Source of the DNA: a virus
Taxonomy: Duplodnaviria; Caudoviricetes
Virus record (IMG/VR): IMGVR_UViG_3300048813_000197
Location: 1-55,394 of that record
Length of the DNA stretch: 55,394 nucleotides
Reading direction: 5' to 3' (one strand)
This document shows, piece after piece, positions 18,326 to 28,197 of this stretch. Within the stretch, counting starts at the first letter, position 1, and each line of letters opens with the position of its first letter. A model generated the notes under the pieces. That model had not been told where the DNA came from. It saw nothing but the letters and a program-made list of their open reading frames with translations, and searched no databases. The translations under genes were made by a program, and so were the position numbers.

Positions 18326-18630
18326 TACCGCCGTCCGACAACCTGGGGGCCACCCTGCGGAACGGCAAGACCGGCCGCGTTCGGTCCTTGCTCGAATTGG
18401 TCAGCGCTCGCCTTCAACTGGATGGACGCATTCAGCATGGCACCGAGCGGCGGATCGGCAATCGAATAACTCTCGTCGAGAATGAGTGCGCCGCCAACCC
18501 TGCCGAGGAACTTGTGAATATCCCTGAGCATATTGACGATCTGTGATTTGGTGGGGGCTTCGCTGAAAGAGATTGATGCGAGTTCAAGGTTCTTGACTTC
18601 CAATTTGTTCCCTCGTCTTAGCGTAGTCAC
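18325..18630 (-). CDS. hypothetical protein
   Basis: First gene after candidate promoter; coupled to next ORF. Confidence 0.6.
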   Translation of the reverse strand: MTTLRRGNKLEVKNLELASISFSEAPTKSQIVNMLRDIHKFLGRVGGALILDESYSIADPPLGAMLNASIQLKASADQFEQGPNAAGLAVPQGGPQVVGRR

Positions 18631-18671
18631 GCTTGCAACAAAGAATACGCTTGCAACCGCCGTTTCCGCAA
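18631..18671 (-). promoter_or_regulatory. candidate promoter with two GTTGCAAG boxes flanking the -10
   Basis: TTGCGG-18-TATTCT with GTTGCAAGCG on both sides of the -10. Confidence 0.5.
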
Positions 18672-18680
18672 CAGGAAATT

Positions 18681-18920
18681 TCAGGCACTCGCAACCCGCG
18701 CCGTCGCCGCCCGGCTGAGATCGTGGAAATCCTTGTCATTGTCTGACAATCGCACCACTCTACATTGGTCGATAAAGTGCGTCTCGAAATACTGCTCCGC
18801 GCACGAAAGGCAGAAGAGATGACCGTCTACTTTGAATACGGCTTTACTGTTCCTCGACCGGCAGTTTGACAGTTTCCGTTTACGCTCACGCGCGCGTTCA
18901 AGCCCTTCGCATTGCGCCAC
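18681..18920 (-). CDS. small Cys-containing protein
   Basis: GTG after GGAGG; FCLSC motif. Confidence 0.55.
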   Translation of the reverse strand: MAQCEGLERARERKRKLSNCRSRNSKAVFKVDGHLFCLSCAEQYFETHFIDQCRVVRLSDNDKDFHDLSRAATARVASA

Positions 18921-18931
18921 TGCTAGACCTC

Positions 18932-21900
18932 CTAGACTGGTACTTCTTTCAACTGATAACTGTGGCCCGCGCCGATTGGCTTCCAAAGAACGCGCACGGG
19001 AGTCCACAACTGAAACTGGTTTGGCGGGACTGGCGCGTTCTCGACCGCGATAAATCGCCATGTCCTGAAAGTGAATGCCGTGGTGCCGGGATTGACGTTG
19101 CCATGCCTGACGCGGACCACTATCCGGGTCGCGGATGCTGGGAGAGTAAAAGTAAAATAAGGGGTCGCATTGTTGTCTGCGTAGAGGTTAACCGTGATCG
19201 GAACGGTTGCGCTGTAATCATAGTACGATTCCTTCGCAAACTTACTTTCCTTGGTTCCGAACTCCACCCAATAGGAATCCGCACTGGCGCTATACTCGGC
19301 TAATTCCGCCGCGTAGATATTCTCCTGGTAGAGAGTGGGCGCAACCGTCACCGCCATCGTATGCAGAATCGAAGCACGATATGCTTGCTGGCCGGAACCA
19401 GCATTGACCAGCAATTCGACTTTTTGCCTATTCGTGCCCGTATTGATCGTCGCCAGGGGAACAGAAATTGCTCCATCTTCGAAAAGGAGGGTCGTATTCA
19501 AGACCTGATTCTCGGTGTTAACATCAGTCTCGATCTGGTTCCATTGCTTTGGGAAATGCGGCTTTCCCAAGTCGCGATACGGATGCTGGATGGTGATATT
19601 GATTGGCGTCTGGACGAGAGCGCCGGAAACCCAGCCGCCGTCATCATAGTCGCCTACCTGATCCTGCACCACAGCGTAATTGCCGCCACCCATCGACTTG
19701 CCGACGAGCAGCGTGTTGATGTCTTTCTCCCAGAGCATTGCGGTTGCGGGAACGTCGTCATTCCGGTAACGCTGATATTGAGTATCGTAGTCAAGCCGAT
19801 ACCGCTGGCCAGAGTTGAGCGTGCTCACGTAAGAGCAGTAGACCACGTTGTTGTAGTAAGCCAGGATCGACTGCGAGAAGTCCGCTTGGTTCGCTTGCGG
19901 CGGCAGGCATTCCGGATTGCCACGGAAGATCCACTCGACGGGAAGTGTCTTGTAAACGCCATCCGCGCCAGAGAATTCGCGCAGGCCGTCCGCAGCCTGA
20001 TACCAGATCGCGCCTTCGACCTCAATCCATCCCTGCTGCGCGACGATGCCATGGACAGAGCCTGTCGGCTGAGGATAAGGATTTGCGCCGCCGACGATAA
20101 TCCACCACGACTTCAATGTGCCGACAATCAATGTTCCACGCCAGTTGATGACGGCATTGATCGGATCATCAGGAGTTGAGACCGGGATGTAATTCTGAGG
20201 TCCAAAGTTCTCCGGCAGGCCCTTCTTCGAATAGTAGAGATAGTGCGGATTGTTTGGATCGCCGGCCAGCCACGCCTGGTTATAGGCGAACGCGCAGAGA
20301 TTGCAGGCTTGCCGCGGCACAGCATAGACGTTGACCGGCTCGCCGACGTTGTGCTGCAGGCGAATAACGGCCGAGAATGAATCGACTCCGCCCGCAATGA
20401 CTGAAACGATCTCGAGATTTGACGGATTACCGATCGCTACTAATTGATTGGGAAAGAAGTCTGCCGCCGGAGCAGAGACCGTAACAATCTGCGGACTGAA
20501 TAGCGAGTAAATCGACGATCCTGGTGGAGATGTTGCCACAGAGAGCGTCGTCTGAATCGGGTTGATGAGCGATGAAGTAACGGGTGGGTCGTTGTCGAGA
20601 ACCAGAATCTGCGCCTGCTCTATGAACGCATCCGCAATCACATCCTTGAACACCACCTGGCCAGTTCCTGTGATGTTCGGAATCTGTCCAACCTGCACCC
20701 AGTTCGCGCTGAGAGTTCCACCTCTCCGATAGAAGCGAACATGCGTCACCTGGGGGTCCGGCGAGTAGTAACCGACGCATTGCGCAGCTTGCCGCAGGAA
20801 GATGGGCGCCGAAGTCGAGGCTAGATATCCATAGTCCTCATTGAACTCTTGAGCAGGTGTTGGATTGGATTCAGTGCCGGTGTTGGCGTTGTAGTAGGTC
20901 TGCCGCCAGTCGTAGCCCACGCCGGCAAAAGACGACGGTCCGTACCCCCATTGCAGGTAGAGGCCGTTGACGGAGAACGATACGCCGCCGACATTTGCAT
21001 TTGCGGTGACGGTCAGAGTCCAGCCGGTGACGTTCGCCCAATCGAGGCCAGCCTGGCCAGCTTGTCCAACAGGAAGGAAGTTGCCGCGCGGGATATAGCA
21101 TGCCTGCCACGCGCTTGCCCCTGTCGAGATGTTCGATGGCTGCAATTGCGCCGAGGTCGTGCCCGGTGGTTGCCCGGTAATCAAGTTGAGGGTGTCAGCT
21201 AGAATCTGACTCTGCGTTGCCTGATAGGCGAGCGTGCTGCCACTCAAAGCCCCTTGGTAATAGGCTGGGGAGATGAATGCAGAATAGTAATTGCTTGGAT
21301 TGCTGGTATTGCTGTTGCCCACCCAGAACTGAAGTTGAATCTGCGATATGTTCGCCGGATTCGATGTCAGCAGGGTGATAACGATCAAGTCGCCGTCCGT
21401 CACCTGATTGTTTTGGCTAAGGTCAAGGGCGGGCGATGCGCTCACTGTTCCGCTGGTACTTGCCGCAACATTCCCGGCCCAGGCTGAGATTGGGAATGCG
21501 GTTGTCGTGGGCGGCACCCACTCATAGAATCCCCATGCGCTCATCTGCGATGGATATGGGGCGCTGTACTCGTCTGTCAAAACACAGGCATACGGCGCTG
21601 CCGCGCCGCCGGTCACATAGCCGCCAGCAGTCGCGCCAATCAGTGTGGCCGAGGTGAAGGCCACCGTCAGAGTGGTCGTGGTCGGCGCCGCAATAACTTC
21701 ATAGAATCCGTCCACAAGATCGGAAGATGACGCATATATCGCAATGAGCGCGCCGGCTGACAATCCGTGCGCCGTCGAAGTTCTGATCAGGAGTTGCGTA
21801 TAGAGTCCGCCAACGAGCGTTTGCGAGGCAACCGATGCAATCGGAATATTGACCGAAGTGTTGGTGTTTAACAGCGACAGCATCCCATTCGTCACGGGTC

Positions 21901-23032
21901 CAAACACGCCGGGATTGTTGACGGTCACGTAAGCGTTGGTGATGTTGGCAGTGGTGACAACTGTTGCGCCACCACTGGGTACGGCTGAAGAGGCTTGCGC
22001 CCGCACCTGAAGCAGGTTGATGTTTGGAACGGTGACTGAGATGTTAGATGTGATTGTCGGCGTGGTGACATTAGACCCAGAGGTTCCGGATGTTATCTGA
22101 AGCCAGGTTGTGCCTCCATCGGGGCTATATTGAATCACCCACCCGCCATAGCCGGACCCGCCGCTTACTGATATCGAAGCGTTCCAAGAGACAGTCATCG
22201 AAACCGCTTCGCCTGCGCTTGGGACAATCGAAGTAGGTTCCGTCTGCGCCGATGAGGTCTGCGTGTTATTGCCTGTGCCGGATTGTGTTGCCGTCACCGT
22301 GCCCGTCGTCGGCGAGAAATTGTAATTCGTTGTTCCGCCGCCCGCGGGTCCGACACCGTAAAACTGGGAGAAATCCGTGATCAGCGCGCCAGAATTCGCA
22401 TCCAGCGTCTCGATCGCTCCAAAGGACCATCCGGTTACACTCGCCGTCGTGTAAGTATTCGCCGTGGCGAAACTGTCGATCATGAGGAGCAATGGAGCGT
22501 AAGGCTGGACATTGAGCGTATAAGGGGATGGGTCGATGCCCCAGAGTTGCGGATTGCCAGTGCCGGCGTCTTTGATGCTGGCTGAGGCGTCCGCAATGAA
22601 GAGGTACGCCTGGCTCGTCTCAAAGCAGTTGGCGATGAGCGAGTCGAAAGGTTGGCCGGAGAGAACGATTTGGGTTCCGGTCCAGGTTGTCGGTAGAGTC
22701 AGTTGCGTGTATGCGCCTTGGGTGTTGCCTGCGCGGCGCTGGAGCGAGCCATTGCCGAGGCCAGCATAACGCCAAGCATTCGATTGATAATTGAGGCGGG
22801 AGAGGGATGTTACCGCAGCCGGAAAGTAATGATTGCTGGTTCCGCTGCCTTGCGCATCGCGGTTGATGATCTGCGTGCCGTAGCGCGAAGACATCGCGTT
22901 TTCGCTTCTGGCAAGCGTGTTCATTGCTTGCAAGTAAGTTCCGGGCGGGCACTGATCTTCGACATCACGGGCGATCAGGCCGTGATCAATATACACATAG
23001 GGGACTGGGGAATAACTAGTGTCAGTTGACAT
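18932..23032 (-). CDS. tail hub/nozzle (P22 gp10 / T7 gp12-like stabilization protein) with inserted beta domains
   Basis: LYYSKKGLPENF, HGIVAQ..IEVEGAIWYQAADGLREFSG, KQWNQI propeller-type motifs; RBS GGAG before ATG 23032. Confidence 0.7.
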   Translation of the reverse strand: MSTDTSYSPVPYVYIDHGLIARDVEDQCPPGTYLQAMNTLARSENAMSSRYGTQIINRDAQGSGTSNHYFPAAVTSLSRLNYQSNAWRYAGLGNGSLQRRAGNTQGAYTQLTLPTTWTGTQIVLSGQPFDSLIANCFETSQAYLFIADASASIKDAGTGNPQLWGIDPSPYTLNVQPYAPLLLMIDSFATANTYTTASVTGWSFGAIETLDANSGALITDFSQFYGVGPAGGGTTNYNFSPTTGTVTATQSGTGNNTQTSSAQTEPTSIVPSAGEAVSMTVSWNASISVSGGSGYGGWVIQYSPDGGTTWLQITSGTSGSNVTTPTITSNISVTVPNINLLQVRAQASSAVPSGGATVVTTANITNAYVTVNNPGVFGPVTNGMLSLLNTNTSVNIPIASVASQTLVGGLYTQLLIRTSTAHGLSAGALIAIYASSSDLVDGFYEVIAAPTTTTLTVAFTSATLIGATAGGYVTGGAAAPYACVLTDEYSAPYPSQMSAWGFYEWVPPTTTAFPISAWAGNVAASTSGTVSASPALDLSQNNQVTDGDLIVITLLTSNPANISQIQLQFWVGNSNTSNPSNYYSAFISPAYYQGALSGSTLAYQATQSQILADTLNLITGQPPGTTSAQLQPSNISTGASAWQACYIPRGNFLPVGQAGQAGLDWANVTGWTLTVTANANVGGVSFSVNGLYLQWGYGPSSFAGVGYDWRQTYYNANTGTESNPTPAQEFNEDYGYLASTSAPIFLRQAAQCVGYYSPDPQVTHVRFYRRGGTLSANWVQVGQIPNITGTGQVVFKDVIADAFIEQAQILVLDNDPPVTSSLINPIQTTLSVATSPPGSSIYSLFSPQIVTVSAPAADFFPNQLVAIGNPSNLEIVSVIAGGVDSFSAVIRLQHNVGEPVNVYAVPRQACNLCAFAYNQAWLAGDPNNPHYLYYSKKGLPENFGPQNYIPVSTPDDPINAVINWRGTLIVGTLKSWWIIVGGANPYPQPTGSVHGIVAQQGWIEVEGAIWYQAADGLREFSGADGVYKTLPVEWIFRGNPECLPPQANQADFSQSILAYYNNVVYCSYVSTLNSGQRYRLDYDTQYQRYRNDDVPATAMLWEKDINTLLVGKSMGGGNYAVVQDQVGDYDDGGWVSGALVQTPINITIQHPYRDLGKPHFPKQWNQIETDVNTENQVLNTTLLFEDGAISVPLATINTGTNRQKVELLVNAGSGQQAYRASILHTMAVTVAPTLYQENIYAAELAEYSASADSYWVEFGTKESKFAKESYYDYSATVPITVNLYADNNATPYFTFTLPASATRIVVRVRHGNVNPGTTAFTFRTWRFIAVENAPVPPNQFQLWTPVRVLWKPIGAGHSYQLKEVPV

Positions 23033-23081
23033 GTTATACTCTCCCCAGTGCGGTCCACCCCGCACTCACCGGAGGCAACCG

Positions 23082-23885
23082 ATGAGCACCCTGTTGGCAC
23101 AGGTGGCTGAACCGCGATTTCAGTCTACCAAGAAACCTAAAAATCCGTGGCAATATAACGCATGCCCATACTGTGGAATACAGAAAGTCCGCTATGCGAA
23201 GGCGTGCCGTGTCTGTATTATCCCTTTGAAAAAGAAACCAAAAAGGCGGGATATGTCCCGCCCCGAAATCGCTCAGCCGAGCAATCCCTTGATTAAACTT
23301 GTCCCACTTACCAAGGGGCAGGTTACAGAAATTGACGCCGTAGATTATGACCGAGTGATACGCATTAATTGGATGGCTGTAAAGGCAACCACTCGATGCG
23401 GGTTCACCGTTTCCACCGCAGGACTGGAGAGGGTCAATGGTAAGCAATCCTACACTAGACTGGCTAATTTCATTCTCGGGGTTCCTCGTGAAATAAGAGT
23501 TGATCACATCGACGGGAATGGACTCAATCATAAGCGCGATAATCTCCGACCAGCCACTCAAAAACAGAATAGCTGGAACCGCTCCCGTCTTACCACAAAT
23601 ACAAGCGGATATATGGGGGTGTCTCGTGTCCAATATCGAGCGCAGATCATGGTTGATGGAAGAAAGATTAATCTCGGAACATTTAATGACCCCATAGAAG
23701 CCGCCAAGGTACGCGACGTAGCCACGCTTCACTGCTTCGGCGAATTCGCTCGACTTAATTTTCCCGAGTTGATTGATGAATATCAAGCGATCCTCACTAA
23801 GTTGGAGCCACAACAGACACTATCAGCCCATTTTTTACGGTCATACTTCCGTTCGAGCCTCCGCCTGTTAACTTCGCAAGCGTAA
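23082..23885 (+). CDS. HNH-AP2 homing endonuclease with N-terminal CxxC..CxxC
   Basis: VDHIDGNGLNHKRDNLR, NTSGYMGV, GEFARLNFP. Confidence 0.9.
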   Translation: MSTLLAQVAEPRFQSTKKPKNPWQYNACPYCGIQKVRYAKACRVCIIPLKKKPKRRDMSRPEIAQPSNPLIKLVPLTKGQVTEIDAVDYDRVIRINWMAVKATTRCGFTVSTAGLERVNGKQSYTRLANFILGVPREIRVDHIDGNGLNHKRDNLRPATQKQNSWNRSRLTTNTSGYMGVSRVQYRAQIMVDGRKINLGTFNDPIEAAKVRDVATLHCFGEFARLNFPELIDEYQAILTKLEPQQTLSAHFLRSYFRSSLRLLTSQA

Positions 23886-24276
23886 CTGTCCCCGAGAACG
23901 CCTGAGTCATCTGGAGATAGATCGATGATAAGCCCGGCAGGGCATTGCTGCCGCCGATGTCTAATTGCGGCCCGACTGCGGTAGCGGAATAGTTACCGTT
24001 CGCATGCGCCAGCGAAACCGCATCTGTCGGCCCCTGCGGAGATCCAACGCCCGTCACCGTCTCGCCCTGCACGTCGAGTCCCGAGAACAGCGTCGTCCGC
24101 CCGCCGGAACCTTGCAGTGCCTGGACAGCCGTCGCATGCTGCGCCATCATCGCATTGACGCGGGCTACACCTGCATCTGTCGAGAAGTCTTCCTTGGTGA
24201 ACTGGAAGCGCTGAATCGGCGGCGGTTGCTGCTTGGGGGCGACGGGGCGAGACGGGTTGGATGGGGGTTTGGGCAT
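23797..24276 (-). CDS. small tail component (needle/short-fibre-like)
   Basis: VTGVGSPQGPTDAV stalk-like motif and MTVKNGLIV C-terminus; TAATG coupling. Confidence 0.6.
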   Translation of the reverse strand: MPKPPSNPSRPVAPKQQPPPIQRFQFTKEDFSTDAGVARVNAMMAQHATAVQALQGSGGRTTLFSGLDVQGETVTGVGSPQGPTDAVSLAHANGNYSATAVGPQLDIGGSNALPGLSSIYLQMTQAFSGTVTLAKLTGGGSNGSMTVKNGLIVSVVAPT

Positions 24277-24566
24277 TAGGCGTCCCAATCCGGCAAATCA
24301 ACAGTTTGCCCTTTGAGGATATGGAAGCAGTCGTCGAGGAATTGAATTTGGCCGTCGCGCACGAAACTGTGGCAACGATGCGGCGGATCATCGGCGTTGC
24401 AGTTGATCGACGGTGTGAAGGTTGGCTTGTCCATTGAACCATTCCAACCCCAGCTTGCACCTTGAGAATTTTGCCTTCCGTTGACGGTGACAGCGTGGCC
24501 GTACTGACAACCTGGGCAGTGGAAGGCGAGGTAATTCTCTTCGACCCGATGGAGTTTGTCGGCCAT
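24276..24566 (-). CDS. DUF6527-like Zn-binding protein
   Basis: FHCPGC..H, WNG...PTFTPSI, CHSFVRDGQIQFLDDCFH. Confidence 0.75.
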   Translation of the reverse strand: MADKLHRVEENYLAFHCPGCQYGHAVTVNGRQNSQGASWGWNGSMDKPTFTPSINCNADDPPHRCHSFVRDGQIQFLDDCFHILKGQTVDLPDWDA

Positions 24567-25624
24567 TACTTCGTCCCCATCTTCATCGCCTGGATGTACC
24601 GCTGGGTCGCCATCACCACTTGAGCATACCGCTTGAGCGCAAACTCCGCCATTTGTGGCTGTTGAGCTACGCCATCCTTCGACCATGCGTAATTCAGGAC
24701 GAGATACTTGAGCCCATGGATCACCACATCCGGCAAGAGGAACCCATCCAAGAATCCAAGGCTATCGGTATCTCTCACAGCACAGAGTAGTTCGCAAGGG
24801 AACGTCGATGACGGCAGCCCGCCCACTCCCCATTGATAAAGCCCGGCCCGATCCTCAAACCAGTTCTGCAAGGGTCCAACGTAACTCGACTGCCATGCCC
24901 GATTCTGCTGTACGAGCTCCTCTTGCGTCACCTCGTACAGTCTCAACATAGACTGGATACTGCCGCCGGTTGTCGATGCGTTGGCCGCAATCTGCCGGTA
25001 GGTGATCACGTTCGCGGACGGCGCGCTGATCACGGCAAAGACGCCATTGAAGGATGAGTCCGCTGCGCCGACCACGGAGAAGGTGTTGTACTGGACGAGA
25101 TTTGTGGCCTGGACCGCGGTGAGTGTGACGATGTTTCCAGACCTGACCATGGACGTGATGCCGATGTTGATGGCCGAAGCCGCAATGCGATCGATGAGAA
25201 TGGCTGTCGGAGGCGTTGCCTGGTAGATTTGCCCGAGGCTCACGTTCTGGAAGAATCGCTGGTAGAAGCAGGGTACGGCCGTCAGGAATTCGTTCTGCGC
25301 CCGCGACAGGTACTGCAGCATCTCGGACTGAGTGAAGATTGGGTCTGTGCCTTGCTGAGTGGGGAATGTTGGTCCCCAGGCGGGGACCGTTGCCAAATGA
25401 TTGTTGGCGAAATTGGCGGTGAAAGTGGTGGCGGAGGGGACGGTAAGAATGCTGACTACTTCCTGCGAGGTACTGCCCGGCTTTTCGATGATGAGCGATG
25501 CGCCTGGATAGAGATAGGTGGTCGATTGGATTGTGGCGGTGACGCCTGCGCCGGCGGTAATGGGATTGACGAGGGTGTCGTAGACGGCTGGTTGTGCCAA
25601 GTGGAATGCGACTTCCATCAGCAA
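24566..25624 (-). CDS. head-tail adaptor-like virion protein
   Basis: FTQSEMLQYLSRAQNEF helix, LPDVVIHGLKY..AWSKD C-terminus; start uncertain. Confidence 0.65.
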   Translation of the reverse strand: MLMEVAFHLAQPAVYDTLVNPITAGAGVTATIQSTTYLYPGASLIIEKPGSTSQEVVSILTVPSATTFTANFANNHLATVPAWGPTFPTQQGTDPIFTQSEMLQYLSRAQNEFLTAVPCFYQRFFQNVSLGQIYQATPPTAILIDRIAASAINIGITSMVRSGNIVTLTAVQATNLVQYNTFSVVGAADSSFNGVFAVISAPSANVITYRQIAANASTTGGSIQSMLRLYEVTQEELVQQNRAWQSSYVGPLQNWFEDRAGLYQWGVGGLPSSTFPCELLCAVRDTDSLGFLDGFLLPDVVIHGLKYLVLNYAWSKDGVAQQPQMAEFALKRYAQVVMATQRYIQAMKMGTK

Positions 25625-25678
25625 ATCGCCAGCCGTCCTGTATCCGAGCCCCGGGATTGAAATGACACACCCCCGCCC

Positions 25679-25996
25679 CTATGCTATCGCAGGAGTTGCC
25701 TCTTGTGGAGCAGGAATTGCTGCCGGATGTGTTTCTTCCCAATCTGCCGGCTTCGGGACGCCGTAGACGCCGGTTCCGCCACAAGGCGAACAGGTGGAGG
25801 CCATCATGCCCAGGCTCTTGTCTGTACCGTTGACGGGGACTTCGTTGCGGCCTTTGCCGCCGCATGCTTTGCATTCCGCCACGAAACCGCGCGCAAAGCA
25901 CTGGCGGCACGCTCGCTCGCCCTGCTTCTCGGGATGCTCGTAGAGGCCGCAGTCGCATGGTGATACTTCGCCGTGGTACTGAGAGATTCCTGACAT
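25679..25996 (-). CDS. DnaJ-type CxxCxGxG Zn-finger protein
   Basis: CRQCFARG, CKACGGKG, CSPCGGTG; RBS AAGGAG. Confidence 0.7.
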   Translation of the reverse strand: MSGISQYHGEVSPCDCGLYEHPEKQGERACRQCFARGFVAECKACGGKGRNEVPVNGTDKSLGMMASTCSPCGGTGVYGVPKPADWEETHPAAIPAPQEATPAIA

Positions 25997-26070
25997 TGGT
26001 GGTTCTCCTTGCCTGTATAATAGATCATAGTGCGGCTAGGCCCGCACAAAATCCATTCGAGGTGGATTCT

Positions 26071-26859
26071 ATGACAGACCTGTTTGAGCAGGTGGCCCAG
26101 CCACTCCTGCATTGTAAACCACCCGCTTACGCCCATAAACGCTGCGTTAACGTCTGCCCTAACTGCGGTGGACCAAAAGGGTTCTCTAACCCTCAATGCC
26201 AAGCGTGTCGCATCAAAAAGCACCGTCCCCCAGAACTCGCTGAAGTGTTTATTGTTGAAGGCGAGCGATGCCGAAAATTGCCGCTTACCAAGAAAATGTA
26301 CGGGTTGATTCCGGAAGATCGCTACGATGATGCAATGCTTTTTCGTTGGCATGTATACTCGGACGACAAGAATCGCCGTACCTACGCTGCCACCATTGGA
26401 GCCAAAAATTCTAGGACTACGCTTCATGAATTTATTGCCGGATACTCTCCATGTGATCACATCAATGGGGATGGACTCGACAATCGGCGGGGCAATCTAA
26501 GGCCATGTGACGCTAGTACGAATGGAGGAAATTCCCAACTATCACTACGCAATACAACGGGGTTCAAGGGCGTTAAAGAAGACAAGCGGCGGAATTCATT
26601 TTGCTCGCGGATTGTTTACCAATACGCCGAGTACCACTTGGGTTCATTCAAAACCAAAGAGGAGGCTGCAAGGCGGTACGACCTTGCTGCCGTGTACTTC
26701 TTCAAAGAATACGCGAGGTTGAACTTCCCAGAAGAGCGCGCGCAACGAGTGTTGGAGGCTGTTTTGTTTTCTATCACTCCGAGGCCTCCGCGACGCCCGG
26801 CCCTAACGGCGGCTACCGGGATTTATATTGTTGGCAGCACCGAATCCCATACTAAATAA
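26071..26859 (+). CDS. HNH-AP2 homing endonuclease with N-terminal CxxC..CxxC
   Basis: CDHINGDGLDNRRGNLR, NTTGFKGV, EAARRYD..EYARLNFP. Confidence 0.9.
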   Translation: MTDLFEQVAQPLLHCKPPAYAHKRCVNVCPNCGGPKGFSNPQCQACRIKKHRPPELAEVFIVEGERCRKLPLTKKMYGLIPEDRYDDAMLFRWHVYSDDKNRRTYAATIGAKNSRTTLHEFIAGYSPCDHINGDGLDNRRGNLRPCDASTNGGNSQLSLRNTTGFKGVKEDKRRNSFCSRIVYQYAEYHLGSFKTKEEAARRYDLAAVYFFKEYARLNFPEERAQRVLEAVLFSITPRPPRRPALTAATGIYIVGSTESHTK

Positions 26860-27498
26860 CAAAGGGTCTCTTTTATCCTCGATCTGCGTGAGGCGCTTGG
26901 CCATTTGAAAGTACTGCTCCATCAACTTGATTCCCTCTTGAGCCTCGCTCCCTAATTCCTTCAAGCGGCAATATGCCGCCGAGTACGTTTCGAGAGCGAC
27001 GAACATTTCGTCTTGGAATTGAATTGTTTCGTTGCCGGTATAGGGCCACACATCGGTCGTCGGGTAAGTGATTGCGGTGATGTTGACGGTTTGAGCGGTG
27101 GCGACTGCCGGGTGGACACAAAACAAATTGAAACCTGCGGGACACCACCGGTAAGCCGCGTTGTCCACATCTTGCGTCCATCCGCTATCCCACGAAGTTT
27201 GCAGGTAGTCGAGATCCCAAAGGTTGATCTTGTAGAGCGGCGAACTGAACCCCTGAATATCCGTGATGAGGAGTAGGCCTTTCGGAACCACCTGCCAAAC
27301 AGAATTCGGAACCAGCGTAAATGGAATGTTGACCGTTTGTGTTGGCCGGCCGACGAGCAGGAGCAGATCGTTCTGCGCCTCCATGATTGCGCTGTAAATC
27401 TCAAATTGAGCAGACCACCATGCGCCGCTACTCCCAGGCACCTCTTCTAAGCGCGACTGGGTGTTTTCTGCCAGTACTGAAATCGGCGTAGTTCCCAT
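26803..27498 (-). CDS. head-tail adaptor-like virion protein
   Basis: EIYSAIMEAQNDL helix, ALETYSAAYCRLKE; resembles 24566 ORF; start ATG 27498. Confidence 0.65.
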   Translation of the reverse strand: MGTTPISVLAENTQSRLEEVPGSSGAWWSAQFEIYSAIMEAQNDLLLLVGRPTQTVNIPFTLVPNSVWQVVPKGLLLITDIQGFSSPLYKINLWDLDYLQTSWDSGWTQDVDNAAYRWCPAGFNLFCVHPAVATAQTVNITAITYPTTDVWPYTGNETIQFQDEMFVALETYSAAYCRLKELGSEAQEGIKLMEQYFQMAKRLTQIEDKRDPLLFSMGFGAANNINPGSRR

Positions 27499-27601
27499 TA
27501 AATTCCTCTGGATTCCTTTTACTGGAGTCTCGGCGGTCCTGCAAAGCCCCTTGTGGGCTTGTTGGCTGTTCCCCAACTCCTATGTACTGGACTAGGCGAT
27601 G

Positions 27602-27865
27602 CTACTTCTTCGGCTGCGCGTCCTGAACGGCTTTCTGCGCCGCTTGCACAGCGGATTGCTCATCGGCACGACGTTTAGCAACGCCCATCGCCGCGTCATA
27701 CAGTGAAAGCTGAAACTGCGCTTCGTGGAGCTGCGCGGTCAGTGCCGCGATCTGCACGTTGGCTTGGGCAAGTTCGAGCTTCAACTCGGCTGGTGTGGGT
27801 TGCTTGGGAGCATCCTGCGCGAACGCTGGAATAACCAGTAATGCGAGTAGAATTAGTTTCCTCAT
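27602..27865 (-). CDS. Sec-signal-peptide coiled-coil protein (possible fibre chaperone or spanin-like)
   Basis: MRKLILLALLVIPAFA-Q signal, then helical heptads. Confidence 0.7.
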   Translation of the reverse strand: MRKLILLALLVIPAFAQDAPKQPTPAELKLELAQANVQIAALTAQLHEAQFQLSLYDAAMGVAKRRADEQSAVQAAQKAVQDAQPKK

Positions 27866-27875
27866 AGATCACCCG

Positions 27876-27887
27876 CCCCCCCCCCCC
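27876..27887. repeat. C12/G12 homopolymer tract
   Basis: 12 consecutive C, 10 nt upstream of the 27865 start codon. Confidence 0.85.
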
Positions 27888-27913
27888 AAAGATCGGGTTG
27901 AACTCATCAAACG

Positions 27914-28186
27914 TTAAGCCTCATTTACCGATGCCAGCCAATCGGCTTTCTGCGCCGCCGCGATAGGTAGAGCCGCTTGCTCTGCCGTTTGCGGTGTGTA
28001 TGGTACGGCGGGAATCACTGGAGTTATCACCGTGACTCCATCGTCTGCGTAAACTGCCGGTGTACCTGTGGGAGCGGGAACGTGCACATCGGTTTCACCC
28101 GTGATTCCGTTGCCGCCATCAAACAGGAAGCCGAAGTCGAAGCTCCCATCGGAATTGCTTTGCGTACTGATGATTTGATCTGCCAT
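27914..28186 (-). CDS. small acidic protein downstream of fibre
   Basis: RBS GGAGG; operon position. Confidence 0.7.
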   Translation of the reverse strand: MADQIISTQSNSDGSFDFGFLFDGGNGITGETDVHVPAPTGTPAVYADDGVTVITPVIPAVPYTPQTAEQAALPIAAAQKADWLASVNEA

Positions 28187-28197
28187 TTTAACGCCTC

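Noticed and set aside
23034-23813. 259-aa minus ORF filling the gap in the structural operon
   Set aside because: Antisense to a motif-complete HNH-AP2 gene; sequence is not protein-like
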